Positions 10,783-21,212 of a stretch of DNA of 64,000 nucleotides are shown here, one piece after another (positions within the stretch are counted from its first letter, which is position 1; each line of letters begins with the position of its first letter). A program made the translations under genes and the position numbers. The stretch covers positions 1,408,001 to 1,472,000 of the forward strand of contig OZ242374.1 in NCBI GenBank assembly GCA_965209055.1, given 5' to 3'. The notes below the pieces were generated by a model. It ran no database searches and was not told where the DNA came from. It saw only the letters and a list, made by a program, of their open reading frames with translations. The DNA comes from Acidobacteriota bacterium (GTDB taxonomy: Bacteria > Acidobacteriota > UBA6911 > RPQK01 > JAJDTT01).

Positions 10783-11046
10783 ATGCGAGACGGGCAGTTG
10801 AAGGACTACAAGAAGAAACTCGAGTCGGCCATCAACGACGCCCTCGTCAACTCCCCCCAGATCAACGCCGCCATTCAAGGCATTCGAGAACACGGATACG
10901 ATGTCTTCCTCATCATCGAAGCCACCATCGGCTTCAATGCCCGGGGGAGCGGAGCGGCGCCAGCCAAGAAACTGTCAGCGGTAAGGCTTCAGTTGACGGG
11001 TCAGGACGAGAAGTTTCTGCGTTCGCTGAAGATCAGCCCCGAGTAG
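10783..11046 (+). CDS. Small hypothetical protein (87 aa)
   Basis: 3' part of the 10360..11046 ORF, from ATG 10783: MRDGQLKDYKKKLESAINDAL...GYDVFLIIEATIGFN...DEKFLRSLKISPE. Protein-like composition; fills the gap before mnmG. Confidence 0.75.
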   Translation: MRDGQLKDYKKKLESAINDALVNSPQINAAIQGIREHGYDVFLIIEATIGFNARGSGAAPAKKLSAVRLQLTGQDEKFLRSLKISPE

Positions 11047-11112
11047 CACACCCTTTCTGTCCGGGTCCATTTTGGGAGCCTCCGGACACGAAGGGGCTAC
11101 ATTCCCCACCAT

Positions 11113-13017
11113 ATGCCCGATCTCTCCGTCGACGTCATTGTCATTGGGGGCGGCCACGCGGGTTGCGAGGCGGCGTCAGCCGCGGCCCGAATGGGGGCCA
11201 ATACCGCCCTGGTCACCATAAACCGGGAAATGATTGCCCAGATGTCATGCAACCCGTCGGTCGGGGGCATCGGCAAGGGACACCTGGTGCGGGAGATCGA
11301 TGCCCTGGGAGGCCTCATCGGCCAAGTGGGGGATTCCAACGGAATCCATTTCCGGCTGCTCAATCGGAGTCGCGGCCCTGCCGTCCAAGCCCCTCGCGCC
11401 CAGTGCGACAAGAAGCTCTACCGGCATGAGATGCAGCACCGGCTGCGTTATCAGGACAACCTGACGGTCGTCCAGGCCGAGGCCACCGCCCTGCTGCGGC
11501 GTGGGAACCGGATCGCCGGTATCGAAACCGCTGCCGGCGACCGGATCGACGCGGCCTGCGTCGTCTTGACCACCGGCACCTTCCTGAACGGCCTCTGCCA
11601 TTTGGGGCAAAAGAAGTTCCGCGCCGGCCGTTCGGGCGAAAAGGCTTCGGTGCAGCTCGCCCGGTCGTTGAAATCCATCGGTTTTCGCCTCGGACGCCTG
11701 AAGACCGGAACGCCGCCGCGGCTCGAAAGGAAGAGCATCGACGTCTCGCGTTTCGAAGTCCAGTCGAGCGATCCGGACCCCACCCTGTTCTCATTCCAAA
11801 GCCCTGGGCCGAGACTGCCCCAGGTCGACTGTTGGCTCACGCTCACCAACAATCGCGTCCACCAGGTGATTCGCAACAATCTGCACCGCAGTCCTCTCTA
11901 CAGCGGAGACATCGTGGGTCTCGGACCCCGCTACTGCCCCTCCATCGAGGACAAGGTGGTGAAGTTTCCGCACCACGACCGCCATCAACTCTTTCTGGAA
12001 CCGGAAGGGCTCGATTCCGAACTCATATACGTCAGCGGCCTCTCCACCAGCCTTCCGGTGGACGTGCAGGAAGAGATCCTGGCCCAGATCGACGGCTTGG
12101 AAGACGCGACCATGATCCGGCCGGGCTATGCGGTCGAGTACGACTACGTTCAACCGTCGGAGCTGCGGCCCTCGCTGGAGACCAAGAAGGTCGAGGGGTT
12201 GTTTCATGCCGGCCAGATCAATGGAACCACGGGCTACGAGGAGGCCGCCGGCCAGGGAATCCTCGCCGGCATCAATGCGGCCCTCAAGGCCGCGGGAGGC
12301 GAGCCCTTCGTGCCCAGCCGCAGCGAGAGCTATCTGGGCATTCTGGTGGACGACCTGGTCACCAAGGATGTCGACGAGCCGTACCGGATGTTCACGTCCC
12401 GAGCCGAGTGCCGCCTGCTGCTCAGGATCGACAATGCCGACCGGCGACTCATGCCCCACGGCCACAGGCTGGGACTGGTGTCGTCGACACTCTTCGACAA
12501 ATTCCGGGACAAATGGCGGCGGATCGACGATGCCATCGATTTCTTGCGGAAAACCCGCCTGAAGAAAGCGTCCCGCCTGCTGGAGGAGCTGAGGGTTCGT
12601 ACCGGCGCTCCCCGCGGCGCCTGCCTGGACCGCCTGCTCAAGCGGCCAGAGGTCGACATTCGTGACATGACTCCCATTTTGAGGGCCCACGGGCATCACC
12701 TGAGCCGTGAAGAGGGGCAGGTGGTCCAAACACAGGTCCGGTACGAAGGCTATATCCGCCTGCAGATGGAGGATGTCCGGCGGCTGAAGAACATGGAGGG
12801 CAGAATCATCCCTGCCCAACTCGACTTCGGCCGCGTCAACGGGCTTTCCCTGGAAATGAAGGAGCGTCTGGAGCGGGTTCGCCCCACCAGCCTGGGTCAG
12901 GCGTCTCGGATTCCCGGTATAACTCCCGCCGCTCTGTCGATGCTGAGCATTCACCTGGAAGTGAGAAAGAGGTCTTCGGCACGGCAGCCGGTCACTGCAA
13001 CGACCTCCCAAGCATGA
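11113..13017 (+). CDS. mnmG: tRNA uridine-5-carboxymethylaminomethyl modification enzyme MnmG (GidA)
   Basis: [30 protein letters not shown] and [13 protein letters not shown]. Confidence 0.97.
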   Translation: MPDLSVDVIVIGGGHAGCEAASAAARMGANTALVTINREMIAQMSCNPSVGGIGKGHLVREIDALGGLIGQVGDSNGIHFRLLNRSRGPAVQAPRAQCDKKLYRHEMQHRLRYQDNLTVVQAEATALLRRGNRIAGIETAAGDRIDAACVVLTTGTFLNGLCHLGQKKFRAGRSGEKASVQLARSLKSIGFRLGRLKTGTPPRLERKSIDVSRFEVQSSDPDPTLFSFQSPGPRLPQVDCWLTLTNNRVHQVIRNNLHRSPLYSGDIVGLGPRYCPSIEDKVVKFPHHDRHQLFLEPEGLDSELIYVSGLSTSLPVDVQEEILAQIDGLEDATMIRPGYAVEYDYVQPSELRPSLETKKVEGLFHAGQINGTTGYEEAAGQGILAGINAALKAAGGEPFVPSRSESYLGILVDDLVTKDVDEPYRMFTSRAECRLLLRIDNADRRLMPHGHRLGLVSSTLFDKFRDKWRRIDDAIDFLRKTRLKKASRLLEELRVRTGAPRGACLDRLLKRPEVDIRDMTPILRAHGHHLSREEGQVVQTQVRYEGYIRLQMEDVRRLKNMEGRIIPAQLDFGRVNGLSLEMKERLERVRPTSLGQASRIPGITPAALSMLSIHLEVRKRSSARQPVTATTSQA

Positions 13018-13607
13018 CACGCTTCTCGAAATGCGTCTCTTCGCTTGAAACCCTCTTCGGCCTGACCCTCGACCAAGCGCAGCGAAACGGCGTTCGGACC
13101 TATCTCCGATTGCTGGCCAAATGGGACTCGCGGGTAAACCTGACCCGCGTCGCCCGAACGGACGACAGGCTGCGATTTCATTTCTTCGAGTCGTTCTGGC
13201 TCGCTCAGCAGTTTCTGGAGCCGTGCCACACAATAGCGGACGTCGGCAGCGGAGCGGGGTTCCCGGGACTGGCCATGCAACTCTATCGCCCCAGCCTCTC
13301 CGTGACCCTGATCGAAAGAAGCTTCAAGAAGACCGTCTTTCTGAAGGAAGTCGCCCGGGCTCTTTCCCTTGGGGCACGGATCGTTCACGGAGAGGCCGAA
13401 ACCGTCGCCGATTGGAAGGGCATCCAACTGGTCACGATCCGTGGCCTCAAACCGTCACCCGGATTGACCGAAACCCTGGCCGATCGCCGAATCCCGTTGC
13501 TGGCGCTCCATGGCGAGAAGCTCAGCGAACCCTTGAAGGGACGCCGCTGGGTCCGGCGCGAACGGGTTCCGGGCTCGCACCGACGTTATGCGACGCTCTT
13601 CGGGTGA
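13014..13607 (+). CDS. rsmG: 16S rRNA m7G527 methyltransferase RsmG (GidB)
   Basis: NLT and [10 protein letters not shown] motifs; overlaps the mnmG stop. Confidence 0.93.
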   Translation: MTRFSKCVSSLETLFGLTLDQAQRNGVRTYLRLLAKWDSRVNLTRVARTDDRLRFHFFESFWLAQQFLEPCHTIADVGSGAGFPGLAMQLYRPSLSVTLIERSFKKTVFLKEVARALSLGARIVHGEAETVADWKGIQLVTIRGLKPSPGLTETLADRRIPLLALHGEKLSEPLKGRRWVRRERVPGSHRRYATLFG

Positions 13608-13629
13608 GTCGCGCTGAGAATTGCGCGGT

Positions 13630-13645
13630 TGTTTCACGTGAAACA
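13630..13645. promoter_or_regulatory. parS: parS centromere-like site
   Basis: Perfect 16-bp palindrome TGTTTCACGTGAAACA, the canonical chromosomal parS consensus, just upstream of parAB. Confidence 0.95.
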
Positions 13646-13755
13646 TTGCTGCCCCCGGTTCCACGGGCGTGTCCCCTGAACCGGGACAACCGGGCGGCAA
13701 AGCCCCCGGATCTTTCACCGCCTACTGTTACTATTTCCGCATCCGGAACCGAAAA

Positions 13756-14556
13756 ATGACGAGAACCATCGCCATTGCCAACCAGAAGGGTGGTGTCGGC
13801 AAGACCACCACCGCAATCAACCTGGCAGCCTCGCTCGCTCTCGGTACGTGGCGGGTCCTCCTGGTTGACCTGGACCCCCAGGGAAACGCCACCTCCGGAT
13901 TGGGAATCGACAAGAACGAAGACGCCCCCTTCATCTATGACATCCTTGCGGGCGCCGCGGATCCTATTTCGGCTCTCAGGCAGACCGAGGTGGAGAGCTT
14001 GCACCTCCTGCCCGCCAACCGCGCCCTCGTGGGGGCCACGGTGGAACTGCTCGACGCGCCGGACCGGGAATGGCTGCTCGGCCGCGCTTTGGCGCCGATT
14101 CGCGACCACTACGACTTCATCCTGATTGACTGTCCGCCGTCGCTGGGAATCCTCACGCTGAACGGATTGGTGGCTGCCGACGCGGTCCTCATTCCGATCC
14201 AGGCCGAGTACCTGGCCCTGGAGGGACTGACGGATCTGATGGAGACCATCCGGCGGATCCGGGAGGGTTACAACTCCAGCCTGTTGCTGGAAGGCATACT
14301 CCTGACCATGTACGACGAACGGCTCATCCTTTCCGCCCAGATACGCGCCGATGTCTGTTCCCACCTGGGCTCGTGGGTTTTTGACACCTTCATTCCCCGC
14401 AACGTGCGCCTGGCCGAATGCGCCAGCTTCGGTCAACCCATCCTTCTCTATGACGCCCGGTGCAAAGGCGCCATCAGCTATCGGAATCTCGCCCGGGAAT
14501 TGCTCGAACGCTACAAGGTGGGGCTGTCTCCGCTACCGCATGAGGTCAATGGATGA
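13756..14556 (+). CDS. parA: Chromosome partitioning ATPase ParA/Soj
   Basis: ANQKGGVGKTT, DLDPQGNAT and DCPPSL; start taken at ATG 13756 (MTRTIAI). Confidence 0.95.
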   Translation: MTRTIAIANQKGGVGKTTTAINLAASLALGTWRVLLVDLDPQGNATSGLGIDKNEDAPFIYDILAGAADPISALRQTEVESLHLLPANRALVGATVELLDAPDREWLLGRALAPIRDHYDFILIDCPPSLGILTLNGLVAADAVLIPIQAEYLALEGLTDLMETIRRIREGYNSSLLLEGILLTMYDERLILSAQIRADVCSHLGSWVFDTFIPRNVRLAECASFGQPILLYDARCKGAISYRNLARELLERYKVGLSPLPHEVNG

Positions 14557-15380
14557 TGCGAAAAGTTCTTGGACGCGGACTGGACGCCCTGCTGCCCAAA
14601 ACGGAAACCAGCTCCTATTTTCTCCAGATCGAGCTGGATCGGATTCGGCCCAATCCTTTCCAGCCCAGAATCCACATGGACCGCGCCAAACTACAGGAGC
14701 TGGCCGATTCGATCACCGAAAACGGCGTTCTACAACCCATCGTCGTCCGGTCCCGGCCAGAGGGTTACGAAATCGTCGCCGGAGAACGACGCTGGAAGGC
14801 GGCTCAACAGGCCGGTCTTCCTCGGATCCCTGCCGTCGTTCAGGATCTTTCCGACCAAAGAATGGTGGAAGTCGCCGTCGTCGAGAATATTCAGCGGGAC
14901 GAATTGAGTCCCATCGAGGAAGCGCACGCGTACCACATCCTGATCGAAGATTTTCAGCTCACCCAGGAACAGGTGTCTCAACGCGTCGGCCGCAGCCGCG
15001 CGGCCGTAGCCAACACTCTTCGCCTGCTGCGGCTTCCCAAAGCAGTTCAGGAATCCCTATTGGGCGGCAGGATCAGCATGGGACACGCCCGGGCGCTGAT
15101 TCCCCTGACTCAGGCACAGCAATTGAAGTTGGCCCGCCAAATCGTGTCGGAGGACCTCTCGGTCCGGCAGGTGGAGCGCCGCGTCCGGGCCCTGCGACTT
15201 CCACCCTCGCGGCCGTCCGCCCTTGACCCCAACGTCAAGGCCGCCCAACAGAGGCTGCAACGACGTTGGAAGACGAGGGTTCAGATCCGCAGCCGGGGCT
15301 CAAAGGGCCGGATCGTCTTCTACTTCAATTCCCATGACGAACTGGATCGTCTGTACGAGAACCTCATGAAGGAGGAGTGA
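14553..15380 (+). CDS. parB: Chromosome partitioning protein ParB
   Basis: LGRGLDALL N-terminal peptide, QPR, GERRWKA, ENIQR and an HTH. Confidence 0.96.
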   Translation: MMRKVLGRGLDALLPKTETSSYFLQIELDRIRPNPFQPRIHMDRAKLQELADSITENGVLQPIVVRSRPEGYEIVAGERRWKAAQQAGLPRIPAVVQDLSDQRMVEVAVVENIQRDELSPIEEAHAYHILIEDFQLTQEQVSQRVGRSRAAVANTLRLLRLPKAVQESLLGGRISMGHARALIPLTQAQQLKLARQIVSEDLSVRQVERRVRALRLPPSRPSALDPNVKAAQQRLQRRWKTRVQIRSRGSKGRIVFYFNSHDELDRLYENLMKEE

Positions 15381-15393
15381 GCCCTCCCTCTCG

Positions 15394-16821
15394 CTATTTC
15401 CCAATGCAGAATGTGCTGAAGATCTGTCCCAGCAGGTCCTCCACTGTCGTCTCGCCCGTCACAGCGTCCAGTTCGGACAGGGCGCCCCGCAGATGGTAGA
15501 GCGGAAACTCTTCGCTCAGACCGTCCCGATAGCCTTTCATTCCCTCGCAGAGCCGCAGCCGGGCACGCTGCAAACACTCTTTGTGCCGGAGCTCGGTGAT
15601 CACGACGCGTTCCCGCTCCCAGTCGCTCTCGGGCGCCACGGCCGTCCGGATCGCCCGCCTGAGGGCGTCCAGCCCCTCCCCCGTCAGGGCGGAAACGTCC
15701 GACCTGCAGCGTGCGCCCGACTCCAATTCCGATGGAATTCGAACCACCGCCTCCAGGTCCACCTTGTTCACCACCAACAGATAGGGCGTCTCCTTGAGCT
15801 CCGTCCAGATTCTGGCGTCCTCCGCCGAGAAGCCTCTGCTGCGATCGACCACGAACAAAGTCAAGTCCGACGCGCCGACGTAGTCCAATGATTTTCGGAC
15901 ACCGAGCCGCTCCACCGGGCTTCGCGCTGTTCGGATTCCTGCCGTATCCACCAACTGCATCGGGATGCCCTCCAGATCCACCGTTTGGTCGATGGCGTCT
16001 CTGGTGGTCCCGGGGAGAGTGCTCACAATAGCTCGGTCATATCTACATAAAGCATTGAATATACTGGACTTACCAGCGTTCGGACGGCCGACGATCGTGG
16101 CTGTGAATCCATCCCGGAGTACCCGCCCCACTCGAAATGTCTCCTCCAGGCGGCCGATGCGGCCGACGATCCGCCGCAAGTCCCGAAGCAAATCCTCCCG
16201 GCTGTCGGGTTCCACGGGATCTTCAACGAATTCCAATCCGGTTTCCATGTGGGAGATGATCCGCACCAGGCGTTCCTTCGCCGACCGGAGCAACCGCGAC
16301 AACTTGCCATCCAGTTGGTCCCGTGCCACGCGCGCCTGGTGGACCGTCTGGCTTCGGATCAGATCGCGAACCGCCTCCGCCTGGACCAGATCCATCTTCC
16401 CATTGAGAAACGCACGCAGCGTAAACTCTCCCGGTTCAGCCAGCCGGGCGCCCGCTTCTAGAAGACCACTCACGATCTGCGCCTCCACCGCCGGACTTCC
16501 ATGACAGGAAATCTCCACGACATCCTCCCCGGTATACGAGGCCGGAGCCGCGAAAAACGTCACCAGCACCTGGTCGATTCGCTTCCCGTCCCGGTCCAGA
16601 AAGTCGGTCAACGATGAATGCCGGGGTCTCCATGGCCGGTGCAGCGAGGGAGAAAGCCGCCGGCCCACCAGGTTGCGGCTGGCCGGACCGCTGACGCGAA
16701 TCAACTTGATGGCGCCGCGCCCCGGGGGTGTGGCCGCCGCAACTATGGTTTCACTGTACGGTTCGGTGGCGTCAGGAAGTGGCGTAGATGATGACGCGCC
16801 GATTGGGTCCCGTGCCTTCAC
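15394..16821 (-). CDS. mnmE: tRNA modification GTPase MnmE (TrmE)
   Basis: SYTGED, GRPNAGKSS, GTTRD, DTAG and C-terminal FCIGK. Start is uncertain and overlaps jag. Confidence 0.95.
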   Translation of the reverse strand: MKARDPIGASSSTPLPDATEPYSETIVAAATPPGRGAIKLIRVSGPASRNLVGRRLSPSLHRPWRPRHSSLTDFLDRDGKRIDQVLVTFFAAPASYTGEDVVEISCHGSPAVEAQIVSGLLEAGARLAEPGEFTLRAFLNGKMDLVQAEAVRDLIRSQTVHQARVARDQLDGKLSRLLRSAKERLVRIISHMETGLEFVEDPVEPDSREDLLRDLRRIVGRIGRLEETFRVGRVLRDGFTATIVGRPNAGKSSIFNALCRYDRAIVSTLPGTTRDAIDQTVDLEGIPMQLVDTAGIRTARSPVERLGVRKSLDYVGASDLTLFVVDRSRGFSAEDARIWTELKETPYLLVVNKVDLEAVVRIPSELESGARCRSDVSALTGEGLDALRRAIRTAVAPESDWERERVVITELRHKECLQRARLRLCEGMKGYRDGLSEEFPLYHLRGALSELDAVTGETTVEDLLGQIFSTFCIGK

Positions 16822-17350
16822 TTTCAGTCCGAACTCCGGGCTCGTCGGCCAAGCTCAAATGGATGATTCTCCGCTCGGCCGCCGGCAGAGACTGGAGGAC
16901 GAACTCCCGGCCGGTGAGCCGCACCTGCTCGGCGGCATGACCCGCCAGCAGCCTCAACTCCCCGTCCCGATCCGTGCGATAACCATCGCAATCGACCCAG
17001 AAGTTACAGCCTGTCAAAGACTTACGGTAGTAGATCTGGTTCAGCAGGTGGTTCACCGCATAGAGGAAACGGGCATTGTTGGCAAGAACCAACTCGCTGT
17101 CGTGTCCGCTGAGGCGAAAACTGATCAGGTCGTCATCGAGACTCGATTCGAAGGAGAGTTCCAGGTCCATCCTCTTCAACAAGTTGGTCAGAAACATCTC
17201 CGAGCTGGCCAGGATCTCGCCGTTGTCAACCTTCGGCTGAACCTTCCAGGGCCGGTCCGGTCCGCGGCGCCCTCGCGGACGGCGCCAGTGCTCCCGGCGA
17301 CGCCCGGACTGGCCTCCGGACGGAGGTCTCCAGGACCGGGACTCCATCAC
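16772..17350 (-). CDS. jag: Jag/KhpB-like R3H RNA-binding protein (short form)
   Basis: R3H motif ERRIIH...TESEGTGPNRRVI; lies between yidC and mnmE. Confidence 0.85.
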   Translation of the reverse strand: MMESRSWRPPSGGQSGRRREHWRRPRGRRGPDRPWKVQPKVDNGEILASSEMFLTNLLKRMDLELSFESSLDDDLISFRLSGHDSELVLANNARFLYAVNHLLNQIYYRKSLTGCNFWVDCDGYRTDRDGELRLLAGHAAEQVRLTGREFVLQSLPAAERRIIHLSLADEPGVRTESEGTGPNRRVIIYATS

Positions 17351-19038
17351 TTCTTCCTGGTTTTCTTGGGGGAGGACTTACGCTTCGGGGCCAACTCAGG
17401 CTTCCATCTCTGCATCAAAACCTGGAACATCATAGCAAAGAGGTTGCTGAACAGAAAGTAAACCACCAGGCCGCTGGACAGGTTCAAGAAGAAGAATGTG
17501 AAGACCACCGGCAGCAACATCATCATGCGCCTCTGCATCGGATCTCCCGCCGCAGGCGTCATCTTCTGTTGCACAACCATGCTCGCCCCCATGACGACAG
17601 GGGTGATGTAGTAGGGGTCGTGCCGGGAAAGATCCTGGATCCAGCCCATAAAAGGCGCCGCCCGCAATTCGATGGAGGAATCCAGCATCCGGTAGAAGGC
17701 GAAGAGAAAGGGCATCTGGATCACGAGCGGCAGGCACCCGCCTAACGGATTCACACCATGCTTCTTGTACAACCCCATCATTTCCGCATTCATCTGCTGG
17801 CGCCTGGGGTCGGTGCGCTTCATCCGCTTGTACCGATCCTGGATGGAGCGGACCTTGGGTTGAAGCTCGGCCATCTTCTTCATGGACACGATCTGCTTGT
17901 AGCGCAGCGGGAAAAGAGCCAGATTGATGAGGAAGGTTAAAACGATGATGGCAATTCCGTAATTGCCCACATAGGCATAGGTCAGCTTCAGGCAATAGAG
18001 CAGGGGCCTCACCAGAAGGTCGAACCAGCCATAGTCGATGATGTCCCCCAATGAGGGGTCGGCGAGGACCAGCTCCTCTTGATCTTTGGGCCCCAGGAAC
18101 AACGAGTACCGTGCCGTGCCCCTGAATTCGGCTTCTCCCAATACGAGTGTGGTTTCATCGGCCTCGCTGCCGTCCAACCCAGCCAAAGGGACCGCCGAAA
18201 GACGCGCCGCGCGGATTTCTCCCGGCCCGACCACGACGCAGGTGAAGTATTTGCTGTCGACAGCCACCCATCGGGCAGCCGTCTCGATCCGGTGGGCTGC
18301 CTCGGCCAGGTCGGAAGCCTCGTACTTTTCCATCGACCCCGCTGCGTGGTAGGCAACGCCAGGCCACCAGAAATCGGTAGAAGCGCCTCCCTCCGGGTCC
18401 GCTTCGCCGATGCCCGGCCCCAGCAGGACCGAATAGGATGCCGGCCTTCCCCCGAGCTCGACCCGTGTCCGGACATCCAACGTGTGCCCTGATCCGGGGA
18501 TGCTGATCTCCTCTTCCACCAGAAGGCCCTGGCTCCGGTAGCTGAATGCAATCTGCGCCGGCGCCTGCACCCGGCCGGCCGCCGCACCCGCGACTTCGAA
18601 CGGGGAGGTGGCCAGTTCCAGATCCAGTTCTTCATCATCCAGACGCAGTTGCATGGGTCTGGGGAAGGTTTCGGAGAGTCCCTGCACCAACAGCTCGACA
18701 GGCTCGCCCGACTCATTCGAATACCGTTTGAGGTGCACGCTCTCCAGCCGGGCGCCGGTGCTGCTCCAGGTCAGCACCATGTCGTCATTCTCGACCTGAA
18801 TCTTGCGATCCTGCCCCCGGGTTGGACTCAAGGGCTCGCTGCTGGGGGGAGTTTCCCGGGAAACGCGCTCCGGAGGCGGTTCGGGCTCGGCCCGCTGCTC
18901 TTCAACCTCCTGCTCCTCAGGCGTTTCCACAACGGCCGGAGCCGGAGGCGGTTCAAACCGCTGGTAGAGGAAGGGAATCAGCAGCAGAACGGCCATGGAA
19001 AGAAGCATCGCCATAAGGAGGCGCTTCTCCATGTCCAT
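17347..19038 (-). CDS. yidC: Membrane protein insertase YidC
   Basis: GNYGIAII, NPLGGCLP, QMPFLFAFY and WIQDLS..DPYY. Alternative starts at 19065 and 19032. Confidence 0.95.
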   Translation of the reverse strand: MDMEKRLLMAMLLSMAVLLLIPFLYQRFEPPPAPAVVETPEEQEVEEQRAEPEPPPERVSRETPPSSEPLSPTRGQDRKIQVENDDMVLTWSSTGARLESVHLKRYSNESGEPVELLVQGLSETFPRPMQLRLDDEELDLELATSPFEVAGAAAGRVQAPAQIAFSYRSQGLLVEEEISIPGSGHTLDVRTRVELGGRPASYSVLLGPGIGEADPEGGASTDFWWPGVAYHAAGSMEKYEASDLAEAAHRIETAARWVAVDSKYFTCVVVGPGEIRAARLSAVPLAGLDGSEADETTLVLGEAEFRGTARYSLFLGPKDQEELVLADPSLGDIIDYGWFDLLVRPLLYCLKLTYAYVGNYGIAIIVLTFLINLALFPLRYKQIVSMKKMAELQPKVRSIQDRYKRMKRTDPRRQQMNAEMMGLYKKHGVNPLGGCLPLVIQMPFLFAFYRMLDSSIELRAAPFMGWIQDLSRHDPYYITPVVMGASMVVQQKMTPAAGDPMQRRMMMLLPVVFTFFFLNLSSGLVVYFLFSNLFAMMFQVLMQRWKPELAPKRKSSPKKTRKK

Positions 19039-19108
19039 CTGTTCCGGTCCTTGACCACCCTGCATCGTCTAATACAATCCACGAATTGCGCCGCTCGCGG
19101 GCCGGCCT

Positions 19109-19318
19109 CTACGGAAGAGGGTCGAACCCTCCAGCGTGCCATGGGTGACAACAAGCCACTCGCCTGAGCCCGAGCAGCATCCCCTTGAGCACTCCCTTTT
19201 TCTGAATTGCCTGGCGCATGTACTCCGAACAGGTGGGGTGAAATCGACAGGACGGAGGCAAGAACGGAGAAACGAACTTCTGGTAGAGACGCAACCATCC
19301 GGTCAGGAACCGCCTCAC
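19109..19318 (-). CDS. yidD: Membrane protein insertion efficiency factor YidD
   Basis: YQ..VSP, CRFHPTCSEY and CHPW..GGFDP. Confidence 0.93.
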   Translation of the reverse strand: MRRFLTGWLRLYQKFVSPFLPPSCRFHPTCSEYMRQAIQKKGVLKGMLLGLRRVACCHPWHAGGFDPLP

Positions 19319-19674
19319 GCCCCCCGCCTCCTTCCGTTCCAGCGTGAAACCATTCGAAGAAACTCTCCTTGAAGTTCCTGGAACGTCGCCGCCGCGGCGC
19401 CACGCCGAACATTGACCACGACGTCGGAGCAGGGAAGAATCCCCCGCTTGTTCATGCGGAAGCTCTCCCGCAGGCGACGCCGGATGCGGTTTCTCACGAC
19501 CGGCGGACCCACCTTACGGGACGCGGCGATCCCCAGCCGGCTGCGCGTCCGCCCGTTCTCACGAAAGTAGAGGACGAAGTAGGGCGTGAAGACCCTGTAC
19601 CCGTTCCGGTAAACGGCTAGATATTCTTTCCGGGTGTGCAGGCGTTCTTCCCAGGAGAAACCAAACTGTTTCAC
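19315..19674 (-). CDS. rnpA: Ribonuclease P protein component
   Basis: [23 protein letters not shown] (RNR motif). Confidence 0.94.
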   Translation of the reverse strand: MKQFGFSWEERLHTRKEYLAVYRNGYRVFTPYFVLYFRENGRTRSRLGIAASRKVGPPVVRNRIRRRLRESFRMNKRGILPCSDVVVNVRRGAAAATFQELQGEFLRMVSRWNGRRRGA

Positions 19675-19811
19675 CCGCTCACCGAAAGCATCGTCCGCTT
19701 TTTGGCTCGTCGCCGCCTCAAAATTGCGCGGCCCGCAGGCGACGCCATGCGCGCCCGGAACCCATGATTCTTCTTGCGACGGCGATTGTTCGGTTGAAAG
19801 GTTCGCTTCAT
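19671..19811 (-). CDS. rpmH: 50S ribosomal protein L34
   Basis: [22 protein letters not shown] from ATG 19811. TATAAT on the minus strand at 19859-19854. Confidence 0.96.
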   Translation of the reverse strand: MKRTFQPNNRRRKKNHGFRARMASPAGRAILRRRRAKKRTMLSVSG

Positions 19812-20020
19812 CTCGGTCTCCGCCCGCGTCGAAAGGAACCAGATGCTATGGGGATTATAGGAAACGGTTCGCACCGAGCCCTACAGTTCCGGGAGCACGC
19901 TTGCGGCAACCCGCTACGTTCCGCTCCCCCCGGGAAGATCCCCGCCCGGGCGATTGAAGATTCGTGGGAGCAATCGACACTGTGACGCCAAATCCATCGC
20001 CGCTCCCTCGGAACTGCAAA

Positions 20021-20048
20021 GTGTCAACTATCCGGGGGCATGATACCA
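20021..20048. mobile_element. Possible orphan IS3-family-like terminal repeat
   Basis: GTGTCAACTATCCGGGGGCATGATACCA resembles, from memory, IS3-family ends (GTGTC..ACT...GGGG...CA). Partial inverted partner TCGACACTGTG at 19974-19984. No transposase nearby. Confidence 0.3.
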
Positions 20049-20105
20049 CGAAGCGGGGGAGGGGCGTTCACTGGGTTCGTCAACCGTCCCTGATACTCCC
20101 CAATC

Positions 20106-20167
20106 GCAACGCAGTCCGCACCTGTGCAGGGACGGTCAAATACCGTGACGACTTCTACGACGGGCTG
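20106..20167 (-). repeat. Truncated copy of the MITE-like element at 55955-56092
   Basis: Reverse complement matches 55955-56016 at 55/62 positions without gaps, starting exactly at that element's terminus (CAGCCCGT). Confidence 0.8.
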
Positions 20168-20196
20168 ACTATTCCTTATCCGCTCCGCGGGCGAGG

Positions 20197-21078
20197 CTAC
20201 ATGCCCTTCTTTTCATGCGTCGCATCCCTGGGGTAGCAGCCCAACACCGTCAGGACCTCCGTCAGTTCGCCGAGGTGCCCCAACGCGTTGCGCACCCGCG
20301 TCTCACCGGTGTTCCCGAGAAAGTCGAGGTAGAACAGGTACTCCCAGGGACGGCCATGAATGGGACGGGACTCGATCTTGGTCAGGTCGATGTCCCTCAG
20401 GGCGAAGACGCTCAGACACTTGAAGAGCGCCCCGGCGGCATTCTTGAAACTGAAGACGACGGAGGTCTTGTCCGCGGTTTCGGATACCGAGGATTTGATC
20501 GAGAGCAGAAAGAAACGGGTGAAGTTCTCCTCCCGGTCCTCGATCCGCTCCATCAGGACTTTCGCGCCGTAGAACCGTGCAGCGTTCCTGCCGGCGATGG
20601 CGGCATGGTCCCGGAGGCCTTCCTCTACGATCTCCTTGACGCTTCCGGACGTATCGTAGCCGGTTTCCCGCACCAGATGCGGATGGCGCTTGAAGAAAAG
20701 CTCGCACTGATCCAATGCCACCGGATGGGAGCGGACCGTCTTCACGTCCTCGAAGGCGCTCCCGGCCAACGTGATCAGGCTGTGTTGGACGGGCAGATTC
20801 GTCTCCTGGCGAATCCTCAATCCGTGACGGACCAGCAGATCGTAGTTCCGGTGAATCGACCCGGCCAGGGAATTCTCTATGGGAATGACGCAACATCCGC
20901 ATTCTCCCCGGGCCGTACGCAGGAAGACTTCGTCGAAAGTCCGGCAGCAGAGAAACTCCACGGGCCCCGGGACCATCTGCATGGCCGCCTCCTCGCTGAA
21001 CGATCCACGTTCTCCCTGAATGGCGACTCGGGTCGCATTTCGCTTGTCGTGCAGATCCGCGTCCAAAAAAACCTCCAT
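20197..21078 (-). CDS. pheA: Prephenate dehydratase (PDT plus ACT, no chorismate mutase domain)
   Basis: QGERGSFS, PIENSLAG, SHPVALDQC, NFTRF and LTKIESRP. Confidence 0.94.
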   Translation of the reverse strand: MEVFLDADLHDKRNATRVAIQGERGSFSEEAAMQMVPGPVEFLCCRTFDEVFLRTARGECGCCVIPIENSLAGSIHRNYDLLVRHGLRIRQETNLPVQHSLITLAGSAFEDVKTVRSHPVALDQCELFFKRHPHLVRETGYDTSGSVKEIVEEGLRDHAAIAGRNAARFYGAKVLMERIEDREENFTRFFLLSIKSSVSETADKTSVVFSFKNAAGALFKCLSVFALRDIDLTKIESRPIHGRPWEYLFYLDFLGNTGETRVRNALGHLGELTEVLTVLGCYPRDATHEKKGM

Positions 21079-21116
21079 TTCCGCTTTCGTCCGACCTCCG
21101 GCCCAGCGCCGTCCGG

Positions 21117-21212
21117 CGGAGGCACATGGGAATCGAACCCACCGGCCCCGGCTCCCGCCGCGGCCCGACTGATTTTGAAGACCAGGCCCGTCACCAGACG
21201 AGAAGTGCCTCC
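21117..21212 (-). tRNA. selC: tRNA-Sec (anticodon TCA)
   Basis: Minus strand GGAGGCAC-TT-CTCGTC-TGGT-GACGGG-C-CTGGT-CTTCAAA-ATCAG-T-long variable arm-GTGGG-TTCGATT-CCCAT-GTGCCTCC-G: 8-bp acceptor stem, 6-bp D stem with 4-nt loop, 5-bp T stem. Confidence 0.95.

Noticed and set aside
13657-13672. Second parS site
   Set aside because: Only a half-site (GTTCCACG) is present; the other arm does not match.
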